A stretch of DNA of 39,933 bases, from NCBI GenBank assembly GCA_045106895.1, contig JBGCFM010000218.1, positions 1 to 39,933 of the forward strand. Direction: 5' to 3'. The position numbers and the translations under genes were made by a program. Origin of the DNA: Polyangiales bacterium (GTDB taxonomy: Bacteria; Myxococcota_A; Polyangia; Polyangiales; Houyiibacteriaceae). Each line of letters opens with the position of its first letter. Positions within the stretch are counted from its first letter, which is position 1. Below the pieces are notes generated by a model. It was not told the DNA's origin. It worked only from the letters and a program-made list of their open reading frames with translations, and did no database searches. Shown piece by piece: positions 9,671-19,093 of this stretch.

Positions 9671-9714
9671 AAACAAGAAGCCGAGCGCCCGTTTGGTCGT
9701 TCGGCTTCTGTTCT
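9671..9714. terminator. Probable bidirectional intrinsic terminator between convergent genes
   Basis: 12-bp stem AGAAGCCGAGCG/CGTTCGGCTTCT (9676-9709) with A-rich and T-rich flanks, between the stops at 9654 and 9731. Confidence 0.65.
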
Positions 9715-9730
9715 GTCCTCTGTGCTCGGC

Positions 9731-12700
9731 CTACGCCACGGCGATGTCGCGGCCGCTTCCGGGAACGGGGCGCTTGTCTCCGCGCAGCTCGACGGCGACG
9801 ACCTTCGAGACACCCGGTTGCTCCATCGTCACACCGTAGAGAACGTCCGTGTACTCCATCGTTCGCTTCGAGTGAGTGATGACGATGAACTGGCTACGGT
9901 CCGTCATCTGACGAATCGCCTGGGCGAAGCGCGAGATGTTGGCTTCGTCGAGTGGGGCATCGACCTCATCGAGGAGACAGAAGGGGCTCGGCTTGTATTG
10001 GAAGATAGCGAAGATCATCGCTACAGCCGTCAACGCGCGCTCGCCGCCACTCATCAACTCCAAGCTCGCAAGCTTCTTGCCGGGAGGCTGCGCCAGAATC
10101 TCGAGACCACTGTTGAGGAGGTCGTTCGGGTCGCTGAGCTTGAGCTCCGCCTTGCCGCCCCGGAAGAGCACCGGGAACAGTCGCTTGAAGCGTTCGTTGA
10201 TGGCCACGAATGCTTCCTTGAACATTCGGCGGCTCTCCTTGTTCATCTCGCGGATAGCGCGGTCCAAGGTCTTGAGCGCGTCCTCGAGGTCGACTCGCTG
10301 AGCATCGAGGGACGTGAATCGCTCGGACTTCTCGTCGTACTCCTCGATGGCCATCAGATTGATCTCGCCCATACGGTCGATGAGACGCTGCAGCTCCGTG
10401 ACACGCTGGCGTTCCGCTTCGTTCGGCAGCTCCCGCGCGTGGTACTCCGTGAGGATCTTCGGTAGCTCGACGCGATGTCGCTCTTCCACCTGCTCCAAGA
10501 GGTAGCTCAGCTCCATGGCCAGCTCGCGGTCACGAAGCGTCAGCTCACCGACCTCTCCGCTCACCACATCGATGACCGAGCGGAGCTCCTTGAGCGCCAC
10601 TTCGCTGTTGCCCATGACGGTTCGTGCTTCGTCATGTTCCGTGCGCCGCGCCTCAAGAGCCGAGCGCGCTTCCTTGGAGGCGTCGATGCCGGAGTGAAGG
10701 GACTCGCGCGCTTCGTAGAGCGAAGCCATGAGTTCGCCCTGCTGCGAAGCGCCTTCAAGAACCTCGGTGCGAAGACGGCCGTCTCGCGCAGCCATGTCTT
10801 CCAGAGTTCGCGCCATGCGCACGATGGCGCCTCGGTCACTCTCGGCGCGCTCCTTGGCCTGGGCCGCACGCACACGAACTTCCGTCACCACAGAAGCCTG
10901 CTCCTCCACCGAGGCCTGCCGCTCGTTGTAAATCTCCGTGGCGCCGGCCAGCTCTTCTTCGGCCAGCACACGCGACTTCTGCGCTGAGTCGATCTCCTCG
11001 CGTGAGGCGAGTTCTTCGTCCCCGGCCGCGTTCATCGCGACTTCAAGGACGCTCAGCTCTTCGCCAAGTCGTGCAGCTCGATCTTCGCTGTCCTGCCCTT
11101 CGCCGTCCAAACGACGAACATCTTTCTCCACCTTCACGATGGCGATTTCCGCGTCGTGCGTTTGCGTCCGGGCCGCGTCGATCTCCGCTTGGCGCTTCGC
11201 GATACCCTGACGGAGACCGTCGTGGTGCGACTGCGCCGCACCGAGTTCCGCCGTGAGGCGTTCGACCAGCCCGTCGAGCTGGCGAATCTCTCGCTTCATG
11301 GAAAGCAGATGACTCGCGCCGTCGTCTCCTGCGCCGCCGGTCACAACTCCGCTCGCGTCCACACGCTCGCCGCCGAGGGTGACAATCGTCGCCTCAAAAC
11401 CGTTTCGGTGAAGCATGAGCGCTGCATCGAGGCTCTCGACGACCATCACATCGCCGAGGAGGTAGTCGACCAGAGACGCATCTTCTTCGCCAAAGCGAAC
11501 GTGGTCAACGAGCCATCCGACGACACCCGCGCCAGCCACCTCGTCGGTGCGTCGAACGGCGCCTCGTGGCGTCTGCGGAAGCAAGGTCGCGCGGCCGTCA
11601 TTCTCGGAGCGAAGGTACGTGAGCGCGTCAAGGCCCGCGTCCACAGATGCGACGACGACCTGCTGAAGCCTGTCGCCGAGAGCTCCGGCGAGGGCGCCGG
11701 TGAAACGCTCTTCGCAACGCACGCGGTCCGCGACGAGACCCAGGACGCCACGTGCGCTTCGCTCCTCGGGCGTGCCCGCATAACGCGTCATCAGCGCACG
11801 AACGCCAGCGCCCACGCCTTCGAACTGGCTTTGGAGTTCGCGCAACGACATCAGTCGACTTCGCTTCTCCGCCACTTCGTTTCGAAGGCGCTCGAGGTCT
11901 TCCCGGCTCCCGTCCATCTGCGAGCGAAGGTCAAGAAGCTCAGCCTCCACCTGCTCCTTACGCTCGGCGCTCTGCTCTTTGCCGGCGCGCATGCCCTCGA
12001 GACGAGCGGCGAGCTCGTCTCGCTCCCGGCGAACCTCCACGACGCGCTCCAGGAGAACCGCCTGCTGTTCACGCATCTTCGTCAACCGGGCGCGCCCCTC
12101 TTCACGGCGACGCTCAAAGCCTGCCAAGACCGCTTCCGCGCGGGCGCCACGCTTCTCAGCATCACCCACGCGTCCGCGTGCGCTCGACACCGTTCGTTCG
12201 GCGTCGGCGACGGCCAGACGACGTCGCTCAAGTTCCTGATTCTCCGCAGCGAAGAGCGCCTCGGCCTCGGCTTCGGCCGCCTCGAGGTCCTCGAGGGCAA
12301 GGCTCATCGCTTCGTGCTCAGCGCGAACCGTTGCGACACGCTCCATGAGCTCGACGAGCTCTCCTTCGGCGCGCTCTTCACGCTGCCGTAGGTTGGAGAG
12401 GCGCTCGCGCTGCTGGTCGATTCGACCTTCGAGGACACGGACTTCGTTGTCGATCTCGTAAGCTTGGTTCTGCGCACGCTCGACGTGACTGCTCAGCATG
12501 TCGACCTGCGCGCGCTCCGCCTCGACCTCCGCCTCGCGGACACGAAGCGCGAAACGCTGTCCCTGCTCCGCCGCGCTCTTTCCTTCAAGGGAGCTGCGCA
12601 CGACACGTGTCTCGCCGAAGAGCTCCAGGTATCGGAAGCTGGCGATCCAAAGCTCGAGGTCACGGACCTCTTCGCGGTAACGTTTGTAGCGCTCCGCTTT

Positions 12701-13339
12701 TTGGGCTTGGCGCTTGAGCGACGAGAGGCTCTTTTCGAGCTCTCCCAGGATATCGCCGACGCGCATCAAGTTTGAGCGTGTGCTCTCCATCTTTCGTTCA
12801 GCGGCGGCCTTACGAACCTTGAACTTCGTGATGCCCGCGGCTTCTTCGATCATCCCGCGGCGGTCCGCGGGCTTACTCGAGACGATGTAGCCGATGCGAC
12901 CCTGCTCGATGATGGAGTAGGCGCGACGTCCAACACCGGTTCCAAGGAAGAGGTTGGTCACGTCCATCAATCGAACGGGCGTCCGGTTGATCATGTAGTC
13001 ACTGCGACCCGCGCGATCGAGCTTTCGCGTGACGCTGATTTCCGCGTAGTCGCGGTATTCCGGAGGCGTCAGACCATCTTCGTTGTCGAAGGTGATGGTG
13101 ACCTCCGCGAAGCCATGGGGCCCGCGTGTCTCACTGCCGTTGAAAATGACGTCGTCCATCGCTTTGCCACGAAGGCGCGAAGGACTCTGCTCGCCCATGA
13201 CCCACTTGATGGCGTCGACGACGTTGGACTTGCCGCAGCCATTTGGCCCGACGATGCCGGTCACATCGTGGTCAAAATGCAGAGTGGTTTTGTCTACGAA
13301 AGACTTAAAGCCGATAACTTCGAGTTTTCTAATCTTCAC
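9731..13339 (-). CDS. smc: Chromosome segregation protein SMC
   Basis: GFKSF, Walker A GPNGCGKSN, IIEQG Q-loop, coiled coils, hinge, signature MSGGE and Walker B LLDEVDAPLD. GTG start at 13339 (VKIRKLEV). Confidence 0.98.
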   Translation of the reverse strand: MKIRKLEVIGFKSFVDKTTLHFDHDVTGIVGPNGCGKSNVVDAIKWVMGEQSPSRLRGKAMDDVIFNGSETRGPHGFAEVTITFDNEDGLTPPEYRDYAEISVTRKLDRAGRSDYMINRTPVRLMDVTNLFLGTGVGRRAYSIIEQGRIGYIVSSKPADRRGMIEEAAGITKFKVRKAAAERKMESTRSNLMRVGDILGELEKSLSSLKRQAQKAERYKRYREEVRDLELWIASFRYLELFGETRVVRSSLEGKSAAEQGQRFALRVREAEVEAERAQVDMLSSHVERAQNQAYEIDNEVRVLEGRIDQQRERLSNLRQREERAEGELVELMERVATVRAEHEAMSLALEDLEAAEAEAEALFAAENQELERRRLAVADAERTVSSARGRVGDAEKRGARAEAVLAGFERRREEGRARLTKMREQQAVLLERVVEVRRERDELAARLEGMRAGKEQSAERKEQVEAELLDLRSQMDGSREDLERLRNEVAEKRSRLMSLRELQSQFEGVGAGVRALMTRYAGTPEERSARGVLGLVADRVRCEERFTGALAGALGDRLQQVVVASVDAGLDALTYLRSENDGRATLLPQTPRGAVRRTDEVAGAGVVGWLVDHVRFGEEDASLVDYLLGDVMVVESLDAALMLHRNGFEATIVTLGGERVDASGVVTGGAGDDGASHLLSMKREIRQLDGLVERLTAELGAAQSHHDGLRQGIAKRQAEIDAARTQTHDAEIAIVKVEKDVRRLDGEGQDSEDRAARLGEELSVLEVAMNAAGDEELASREEIDSAQKSRVLAEEELAGATEIYNERQASVEEQASVVTEVRVRAAQAKERAESDRGAIVRMARTLEDMAARDGRLRTEVLEGASQQGELMASLYEARESLHSGIDASKEARSALEARRTEHDEARTVMGNSEVALKELRSVIDVVSGEVGELTLRDRELAMELSYLLEQVEERHRVELPKILTEYHARELPNEAERQRVTELQRLIDRMGEINLMAIEEYDEKSERFTSLDAQRVDLEDALKTLDRAIREMNKESRRMFKEAFVAINERFKRLFPVLFRGGKAELKLSDPNDLLNSGLEILAQPPGKKLASLELMSGGERALTAVAMIFAIFQYKPSPFCLLDEVDAPLDEANISRFAQAIRQMTDRSQFIVITHSKRTMEYTDVLYGVTMEQPGVSKVVAVELRGDKRPVPGSGRDIAVA

Positions 13340-13452
13340 GGTCGCACGTCCTGGATCATCCTCGAAACACTCCGAGGCATGTTCGGCGTTACCGAAGGTC
13401 GCAGGCCCATGCAAGGCATGCCGCAAAACTCAGTGGCGGTCACAGAGTGACC

Positions 13453-13510
13453 ACCACTATATATTGTGGTCCGTGTCTCAAATGATCCGGTCTTCCCACA
13501 ATATGGGATC
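13453..13510. promoter_or_regulatory. Tandem NrdR-box-like operator upstream of smc
   Basis: Near-palindrome ACCACTATATATTGTGGT (13453-13470) matches the core of the NrdR consensus acaCwAtATaTwGtg. A degenerate copy CACAATATGGGATC starts 42 bp later (13497). Confidence 0.55.
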
Positions 13511-13633
13511 GCGATCGAATATCCGGAATGCGATCTGGGGCAAAAACCCTAGAAAATGACCAATTTTGCTATACTGAAGACAACTTTGTCCTAAAAAACC
13601 CTAGTTTTTTGAAGCGACGCAGGCAGATCGCCG

Positions 13634-13696
13634 CGATCGAAATTGGCCACTTCGATCGATGCTCGCGACCTCGATCGACTTTCGCGAGCGCGATCG
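13634..13696. repeat. Four CGATCG palindromic hexamers at an exact 19-bp period
   Basis: CGATCG at 13634, 13653, 13672 and 13691, separated by non-identical 13-nt spacers. Confidence 0.7.
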
Positions 13697-13706
13697 GTGT
13701 TTCGTT

Positions 13707-14006
13707 CTACCCGGCAAGAAGAAGCACCGTGAGAAGGGTGAGCGAGATGAGAATTCCCGCGGCGATACCCATCACTTTCAAGGCCTTTTTACCCAAACGG
13801 TCCGACAAGGCCATTCCCCCGAACGCGCCCAGCGCAAAGAATACGAATGAGGTCGGACCCGCCGGATAATCCGGCCCCACCGCTTCGTACACGAAGTAGT
13901 TGCTCAGAATCGCCAGCCCACCGCCCACACAGCCACCCAGCACCGCCGCGAGCTGCTTCTTGGATGCTGCCTTCGACTTCTTCTTCTTTTCTTTCGGCTC
14001 CGCCAC
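13707..14006 (-). CDS. Small membrane protein (about 3 TM helices)
   Basis: Lys-rich N-terminus followed by three hydrophobic segments. GTG start at 14006 (alternatively 14021). Confidence 0.7.
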   Translation of the reverse strand: MAEPKEKKKKSKAASKKQLAAVLGGCVGGGLAILSNYFVYEAVGPDYPAGPTSFVFFALGAFGGMALSDRLGKKALKVMGIAAGILISLTLLTVLLLAG

Positions 14007-14069
14007 GGGCGGACTTAGCACGGGGCCCTGTTTTGCGCCCCTCAGGACACCACATGTGCATACTGGGGC

Positions 14070-14366
14070 GTGCTGCTGCGTATCTTAGGCCTTGGCGTCG
14101 TCGGCGCGCTGGTACTGGCGTACTTTCGGCGAGGAGCCAGCCGGAGACGTCGGGAGATCATCCTGGGGGCGCTCCAGAAGCGCCCAGGCGCCACGTTTGC
14201 GGCCCTCTCCAGGGCACTGCGACACCCTGCCTGGCTTGGGCCAGCGCTGCGCGTCTTGGCGAGTGAGGGGCTCATCGAAGTTACTCACCCAGAGGACTTC
14301 GACCCAGGCTCTCCCCGCGAAGAACAGGTTACGTACCGTACCGCCCATCGCCCCCGCTCATTCTGA
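14070..14366 (+). CDS. Small membrane-anchored protein with possible winged-helix domain
   Basis: N-terminal TM, then ILGALQKRPGATFAALSRAL..LGPALRVLASEGLIE..TYR, a wHTH-like pattern. Confidence 0.6.
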   Translation: MLLRILGLGVVGALVLAYFRRGASRRRREIILGALQKRPGATFAALSRALRHPAWLGPALRVLASEGLIEVTHPEDFDPGSPREEQVTYRTAHRPRSF

Positions 14367-14385
14367 ACACGACCGCAAGGCCACC

Positions 14386-16020
14386 ATGAACAAACACGAC
14401 GTCATCGTCATCGGTTCCGGAATCGGGGGGCTCACCGCCGCTCTCACTTGCGCGCGGGCCAAACGCGACGTCTTGGTCCTTGAAGCAGGCAAGCAGTTCG
14501 GCGGGTATCTCAACCCCTTCGGCCGCCGCCACTTTCACTTTGATCCCGGCGTTCACTACATCGGCGAAGCTGGCCCCGGCGGCAGCTTTCGCCGACTCCT
14601 GGACAACCTTGGCCTCAACAGCGTGGAGTTCTGCGAGCTCGATCCCGACGGCTTCGATCGCTACAACTTCCCCGGCTACGAAGTCCGCAACTGCAAGGGC
14701 ATCGATCGCTTCCGCGACCGCATCGCCGCAGACGTGCCTGAGGAACGAGACGCGCTGCATCGCTTCTTTCAGCTTGTTCACGACCTCGATCGACTCGGCG
14801 GTTTGCGACTCTCCGGAAGCGCGCGTTCAAGCGGCGCAGAGATCTGGCAAGCCGCCCGAGGTCTGCCCTCTTTGGCGCGGTGGTTCCGCGCGACGCTGGC
14901 CGACATGCTCAACCACTACTTCAAAGACCCCAAGGTGAAAGCAGCCGTCGCAGGCCCGGTTGGTGACCTCGGCCTGCCGCCAAGACGGCTATCCGCCGTC
15001 ATGCACCTTGGGCTCCTCGCTCACTACGCCGGCGGCGCATACTTCCCCGCGGGCGGCAGCGGTCCGCTTCGTGATGCGTTTGTTGCCGGTCTGCGCGAAG
15101 AAGGCGCCACGCTCATTCGAAACGCGAGGGTTGAGTCCATTCTGCACCGCGGGGGAGCGGTCACCGGCGTGCAGCTCTCCGACGGCCGGGTGTTCCACGC
15201 CGAGACCGTGATCAGTAACACGCAGGCTACGGACACCTACGCCATGGCCGGCCTTGAGACCCTCACGCCCCGCTTTCAAAAGAAGGTGCGGACCACAGAA
15301 CACTCTATCGGCAGCATCGTCATTTGTGCGGGCGTCGACGGCGCCCTGGACACGAGCAGCGTCGGCAGCGCCAACATCTGGAGCTACGACAACCTCGATG
15401 TCGACGTGGCCTTCGGCGACAAAGCCATGAGTGACTACCGCGAGTGCGGTTCGTTCTTCCTCACGGTCCCCACAAACAAAGACCCGGAAGGCGGGTTGGC
15501 TCCCGAAGGCAAACAGTGCGTCGAGCTCGTCACGCTTTGCGGTACCAAACCCTTCGCGAAGTGGTTCGGCGGCAAGACCATGCGCCGCGGCGCCGAATAC
15601 GCGCAGCTCAAGGACGAGATCGCAGAGTTCTACCTCGAGCGCGCCGAACGGCACCTCCCGGGGCTCCGTGATCACATCGATTTCTACGAGGTTGGCACGC
15701 CCGCCACCAACCTTTCCTACACGCTCTCCCCCGAAGGCAATATCTACGGTCCCGCTCACACGCCAGAGCAACTCGTTCCGTTCCGCTACAACACCAAGGC
15801 GCCCATCGACGGGCTCTTTCTCTGTGGCGCTTCGGTCATCAGCGCCGGCGTCGTGTCGTGTGCAGCCAGTGGACGAAGTGCCGGAAAAATCGCGCTCCAG
15901 GCACGCAAGCCTTCCCCCCTAAGGGCGGCTGTGCGTAGGCGCTTCCCGCAAGTGCAAGGGGAGCGACGCGCCCTCGCTCAAGCCCCAACTCCGCCTTCGA
16001 CGCCAAGGTCCAAAGCCTAG
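14386..16020 (+). CDS. NAD(P)/FAD-dependent oxidoreductase, phytoene desaturase/retinol saturase family (COG1233)
   Basis: DVIVIGSGIGGL..VLVLE..GG Rossmann motif, FDPGVHY, YFPAGGS, TPAT..Y..GNIYG and IDGLFLCG. ATG at 14386. Confidence 0.9.
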   Translation: MNKHDVIVIGSGIGGLTAALTCARAKRDVLVLEAGKQFGGYLNPFGRRHFHFDPGVHYIGEAGPGGSFRRLLDNLGLNSVEFCELDPDGFDRYNFPGYEVRNCKGIDRFRDRIAADVPEERDALHRFFQLVHDLDRLGGLRLSGSARSSGAEIWQAARGLPSLARWFRATLADMLNHYFKDPKVKAAVAGPVGDLGLPPRRLSAVMHLGLLAHYAGGAYFPAGGSGPLRDAFVAGLREEGATLIRNARVESILHRGGAVTGVQLSDGRVFHAETVISNTQATDTYAMAGLETLTPRFQKKVRTTEHSIGSIVICAGVDGALDTSSVGSANIWSYDNLDVDVAFGDKAMSDYRECGSFFLTVPTNKDPEGGLAPEGKQCVELVTLCGTKPFAKWFGGKTMRRGAEYAQLKDEIAEFYLERAERHLPGLRDHIDFYEVGTPATNLSYTLSPEGNIYGPAHTPEQLVPFRYNTKAPIDGLFLCGASVISAGVVSCAASGRSAGKIALQARKPSPLRAAVRRRFPQVQGERRALAQAPTPPSTPRSKA

Positions 16021-16135
16021 CGATGTGGCAGAGAGAAGCGTCTTTGCGTCGATAACACACGCGCAGCCCTTTCGACATCGCGCAGGGTTTTGCCACGAAG
16101 AGGTGACCTAGTTGGGCGAACCCTGTTCAGGACAC

Positions 16136-16846
16136 TCAATGATAGGGCGCAAAGTACACCACGGTCTCCCGAGCCGAGAGCGCTTCCACCCAGCGCTCTA
16201 CGGCCCCGGCGATGCGTGAGCGCAGGAGCCACACCCGCATGGCTTCTCGAACGTCGTCGAGCTCTTGGCCAATGAATGGATGCTCACCCCCCTCGTAGAC
16301 CCGCTCGAGCTCGATGTCGTCCACCGCCGCGTCCGCTTGAAGATTCGACTCCAGGAAAATGCTGGCCTGCGCCCTTCGCCTGGCGCTGGCACGAAGCTCA
16401 TCGGCAGATGCGCCCAAGGCGCTAAGCAAGGCAGTCGTTCTCTCGGGTCCGCCGCCGAGGTTCTCCAGGCGCCGCACCTCACGCCTCACGGCGCGCTCCG
16501 ACGGCTCCGGCAATTGAACGCGCTCCCCCTCACGGGACATGAGCGCTTCACCGACGAGTTCGTCGAGGGTCGCTCTCAGCAGCTCAGGGGGCAGCTCCCC
16601 CAGCGGGAGAGGACCGCGGCTTTCGCCAGCTAAACGAAGCCGCGCCCGCAGCTCGACGTCACTGAGCAAGAAGACCACCGGCGCCGTCGTCCCACGCTCG
16701 CCAACACGGACCGCGACGCCTTCGACGCGTTGAGTGGAAGCGCTTTGAGTTTCGACAGAAGAGGACTGTGCGTCCGCGCGCTCCGCGGAGAGGCCCGTGA
16801 GAGACAAGACGACGCTGAGGGCGACGCCGAGTCTACTCTTCTTCAC
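16136..16846 (-). CDS. Exported SurA N-terminal-domain-like protein (no PPIase domain)
   Basis: GTG at 16846 gives a signal peptide (ADA|QS). VEGVAVRVG..LLSDVE..LDELVGEALMSREG resembles SurA_N. Overlaps the upstream gene. Confidence 0.6.
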   Translation of the reverse strand: MKKSRLGVALSVVLSLTGLSAERADAQSSSVETQSASTQRVEGVAVRVGERGTTAPVVFLLSDVELRARLRLAGESRGPLPLGELPPELLRATLDELVGEALMSREGERVQLPEPSERAVRREVRRLENLGGGPERTTALLSALGASADELRASARRRAQASIFLESNLQADAAVDDIELERVYEGGEHPFIGQELDDVREAMRVWLLRSRIAGAVERWVEALSARETVVYFAPYH

Positions 16847-17528
16847 TCGTTTCGTCCGTACCTGAGGTGCTGGCCTTGGCAGGTGCCGGCGGGGCCTCAC
16901 TCGGCCGTGTCTTGCCACGCGGAAGGCGTCGCCGTGTGGCGAGAAACTCCAGGTACGCTTCCGCTGCGTCCAGTTCGCGAACCGGAAGTCCGTCGACGAG
17001 GCTTCGCACCCGGTTTCGACGTTCATCGATGGCCGCAACACGTTGCGTGTCCACGACAGGCCGCGGCTCCACCTCCGAGGCCGCGGGGACGGGCCACTCA
17101 GGACGGTCGACGGGGACCAAGTCATGAGCGCTCAGCCAAGCCTCCATGCACGCCCGAAGACGCTCGGAGCGAAACGAAAACCAGCGCTCACGCTCCAGCG
17201 GCGCGCCCATAAGGACGTCCTTGAAGCGACGGAACGCGCCCTTCCCGTCAATGGCCGCGGCGAGCGCGTCGGCGAACTCGCTCTCTTCCACGGTCTCGAT
17301 GAAACGCTCCATCCAACGATACTGCTCGCGCGACGACACAGCGTTGACGCGAAGCTGCAGCGGGTCTGCTGCAACACGCGCTCGCAAGTCGGGCTCCGCC
17401 ACACCATCGACGATCCGAGTGACGTCCCCGTTTTCAAGGTGCAGGAAGCTATGAACCTCCGGCGCGTTGTTTTCAAAGGCGTCCTCAAGGGCGTCCCACG
17501 CGACGGGGATATTGCGTTTTTCAGTCAT
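16833..17528 (-). CDS. UPF0158 family protein
   Basis: WDALEDAFE..SFLHLENGDV, SSREQYRWMERF, AIDGKGAFRRFKDVL and ERWFSFR motifs. Confidence 0.85.
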   Translation of the reverse strand: MTEKRNIPVAWDALEDAFENNAPEVHSFLHLENGDVTRIVDGVAEPDLRARVAADPLQLRVNAVSSREQYRWMERFIETVEESEFADALAAAIDGKGAFRRFKDVLMGAPLERERWFSFRSERLRACMEAWLSAHDLVPVDRPEWPVPAASEVEPRPVVDTQRVAAIDERRNRVRSLVDGLPVRELDAAEAYLEFLATRRRLPRGKTRPSEAPPAPAKASTSGTDETSEEE

Positions 17529-19024
17529 GTTCGTTTTGCCTGCGAGCTCGTTCGTTCAATGGCGTCGTTCCAACGCGCGCGATGCGTCGCTCGTTCTTCT
17601 TTGCTCATCTTCACTTCAAAGCTCTTGTCGATTTGATGCGCCTTTACAATGGCGCTGGTGTCCGCGAAGACGCCGACCGCAAGCCCCGCGAGGTACGCAG
17701 CTCCCAGAGCGGTCGTTTCAATATTCTTGGGTCGGTCGATGGGGATGCCACACACGTCCGCTTGATATTGCATCAAGAGCTCGTTCTTACTCGCTCCGCC
17801 GTCGACGCGCAGTCGCTTGAGAAAGATGCCAGCATCTTTGGACATCGAATCCGTGAGATCGAAAATCTGTAGTGCGATGCCCTCGAGCGTCGCGCGGCAT
17901 AAATGCGCCGCCGTCGTTCCACGGGTGAGCCCGCAGATCATGCCGCGTGCGTCGGGGTCCCAGTGCGGAGCACCAAGGCCCGCGAGGGCAGGTACGAAGG
18001 TCACGCCTTCGGACGACTCAACCTCGCGTGCTTTTGCTTCGATCTCGCTGGCGTCTTTGATGAGGCCCAGGCCGTCTCGTAGCCACTGAACCGCAGCCCC
18101 CGCGATGAACGCGCTACCTTCGAGGGCGTAAGTCGTCTTGTCACCGAGGCGCCAAGCGACCGTCGTCAGCAGAGAGTGCTCTGAAGCCACAGGATCGTCG
18201 CCGACGTTCATGAGCAAAAAGGCGCCCGTCCCGTAGGTGCACTTCGCATCGCCGGGCCCGAAACAAGTCTGGCCAAAAAGCGCAGCCTGTTGGTCGCCGG
18301 CCATTCCTGCGATGGGGACGCCGTCCGGCAGACCGGGAACACTCACCGTTGTCGCATAGATCTCAGAGCAGCTCCGGACCTCTGGCATGAGCGAGAGGGG
18401 CACGCCGAGAATCGCCGCGAGCGCGGGACTGTAACGCCGCGCTCGGATGTCATAGACGAGTGTTCGCGACGCGTTCGTTTCGTCGGTGACGTGAACGGCG
18501 CCATCACTGAGCCGATGGACGAGCCAGGAGTCGATGGTCCCGAAGGCGAGCTCGCCTTCTTCGGCACGCTCTCTCGCGCCGTCGACGTGGTCGAGGATCC
18601 ACGCAATCTTGGTACCGCTGAAATAAGGGTCCAGAACGAGCCCCGTCTGGGCACGGAACGCCGCTTCGTGACCGGCGCGTTTCAGCTCTGCGCACCGCTC
18701 TGAGGTGCGACGGTCTTGCCAGACGATGGCGCGGTGAATCGGTTTTCCCGTCTGCCGGTCCCATACAACCGTCGTCTCGCGCTGGTTGGTGATGCCAATG
18801 CCGCGGCAGTGGGCCACGTCAACGTTCGTCGCTGCCAAGGCGTCACTCAACGCCCCGACGACGCTCTCCCAGATCTCGTCCAGGTCGTGCTCCACCCAGC
18901 CGGGCTGTGGAAAGTGCTGCGGAAACTCTCGGCTGCCCTTGCCCAGAAGCTGACCGTCGGCGCCCATCAGCACGACGGTGCTGCCGGTGGTGCCTTGGTC
19001 GATGGCGATAAGAAAGTCACTCAT
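17525..19024 (-). CDS. glpK: Glycerol kinase
   Basis: AIDQGTTGS, GITNQRETT, AIVWQDRRT, DPYFSGTK, GDQQAALFGQ, KCTYGTG and GLGAPHWD motifs. Confidence 0.97.
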   Translation of the reverse strand: MSDFLIAIDQGTTGSTVVLMGADGQLLGKGSREFPQHFPQPGWVEHDLDEIWESVVGALSDALAATNVDVAHCRGIGITNQRETTVVWDRQTGKPIHRAIVWQDRRTSERCAELKRAGHEAAFRAQTGLVLDPYFSGTKIAWILDHVDGARERAEEGELAFGTIDSWLVHRLSDGAVHVTDETNASRTLVYDIRARRYSPALAAILGVPLSLMPEVRSCSEIYATTVSVPGLPDGVPIAGMAGDQQAALFGQTCFGPGDAKCTYGTGAFLLMNVGDDPVASEHSLLTTVAWRLGDKTTYALEGSAFIAGAAVQWLRDGLGLIKDASEIEAKAREVESSEGVTFVPALAGLGAPHWDPDARGMICGLTRGTTAAHLCRATLEGIALQIFDLTDSMSKDAGIFLKRLRVDGGASKNELLMQYQADVCGIPIDRPKNIETTALGAAYLAGLAVGVFADTSAIVKAHQIDKSFEVKMSKEERATHRARWNDAIERTSSQAKRT

Positions 19025-19093
19025 GGGGAAAGTCAGTCGGTTCGGATACGAGAAGAAGATTCATCGATGGGTCGAAACGCTAGTGGGAATCTT

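Noticed and set aside
9731..13339. SMC as part of a Wadjet/MksBEF or Lamassu defence system
   Set aside because: Canonical full-length housekeeping SMC with hinge; no jetABD/mksEFG/lmu partners adjacent.
13634..13696. Mini-CRISPR interpretation of the periodic repeat
   Set aside because: A 6-bp repeat and 13-bp spacers are far too short; no cas genes.
13440..13700. Possible oriC or dif site (AT-rich, GATC-rich, next to smc)
   Set aside because: No good DnaA boxes (TTATCCACA) or XerC/D arms, and no dnaA/dnaN/gidA context.
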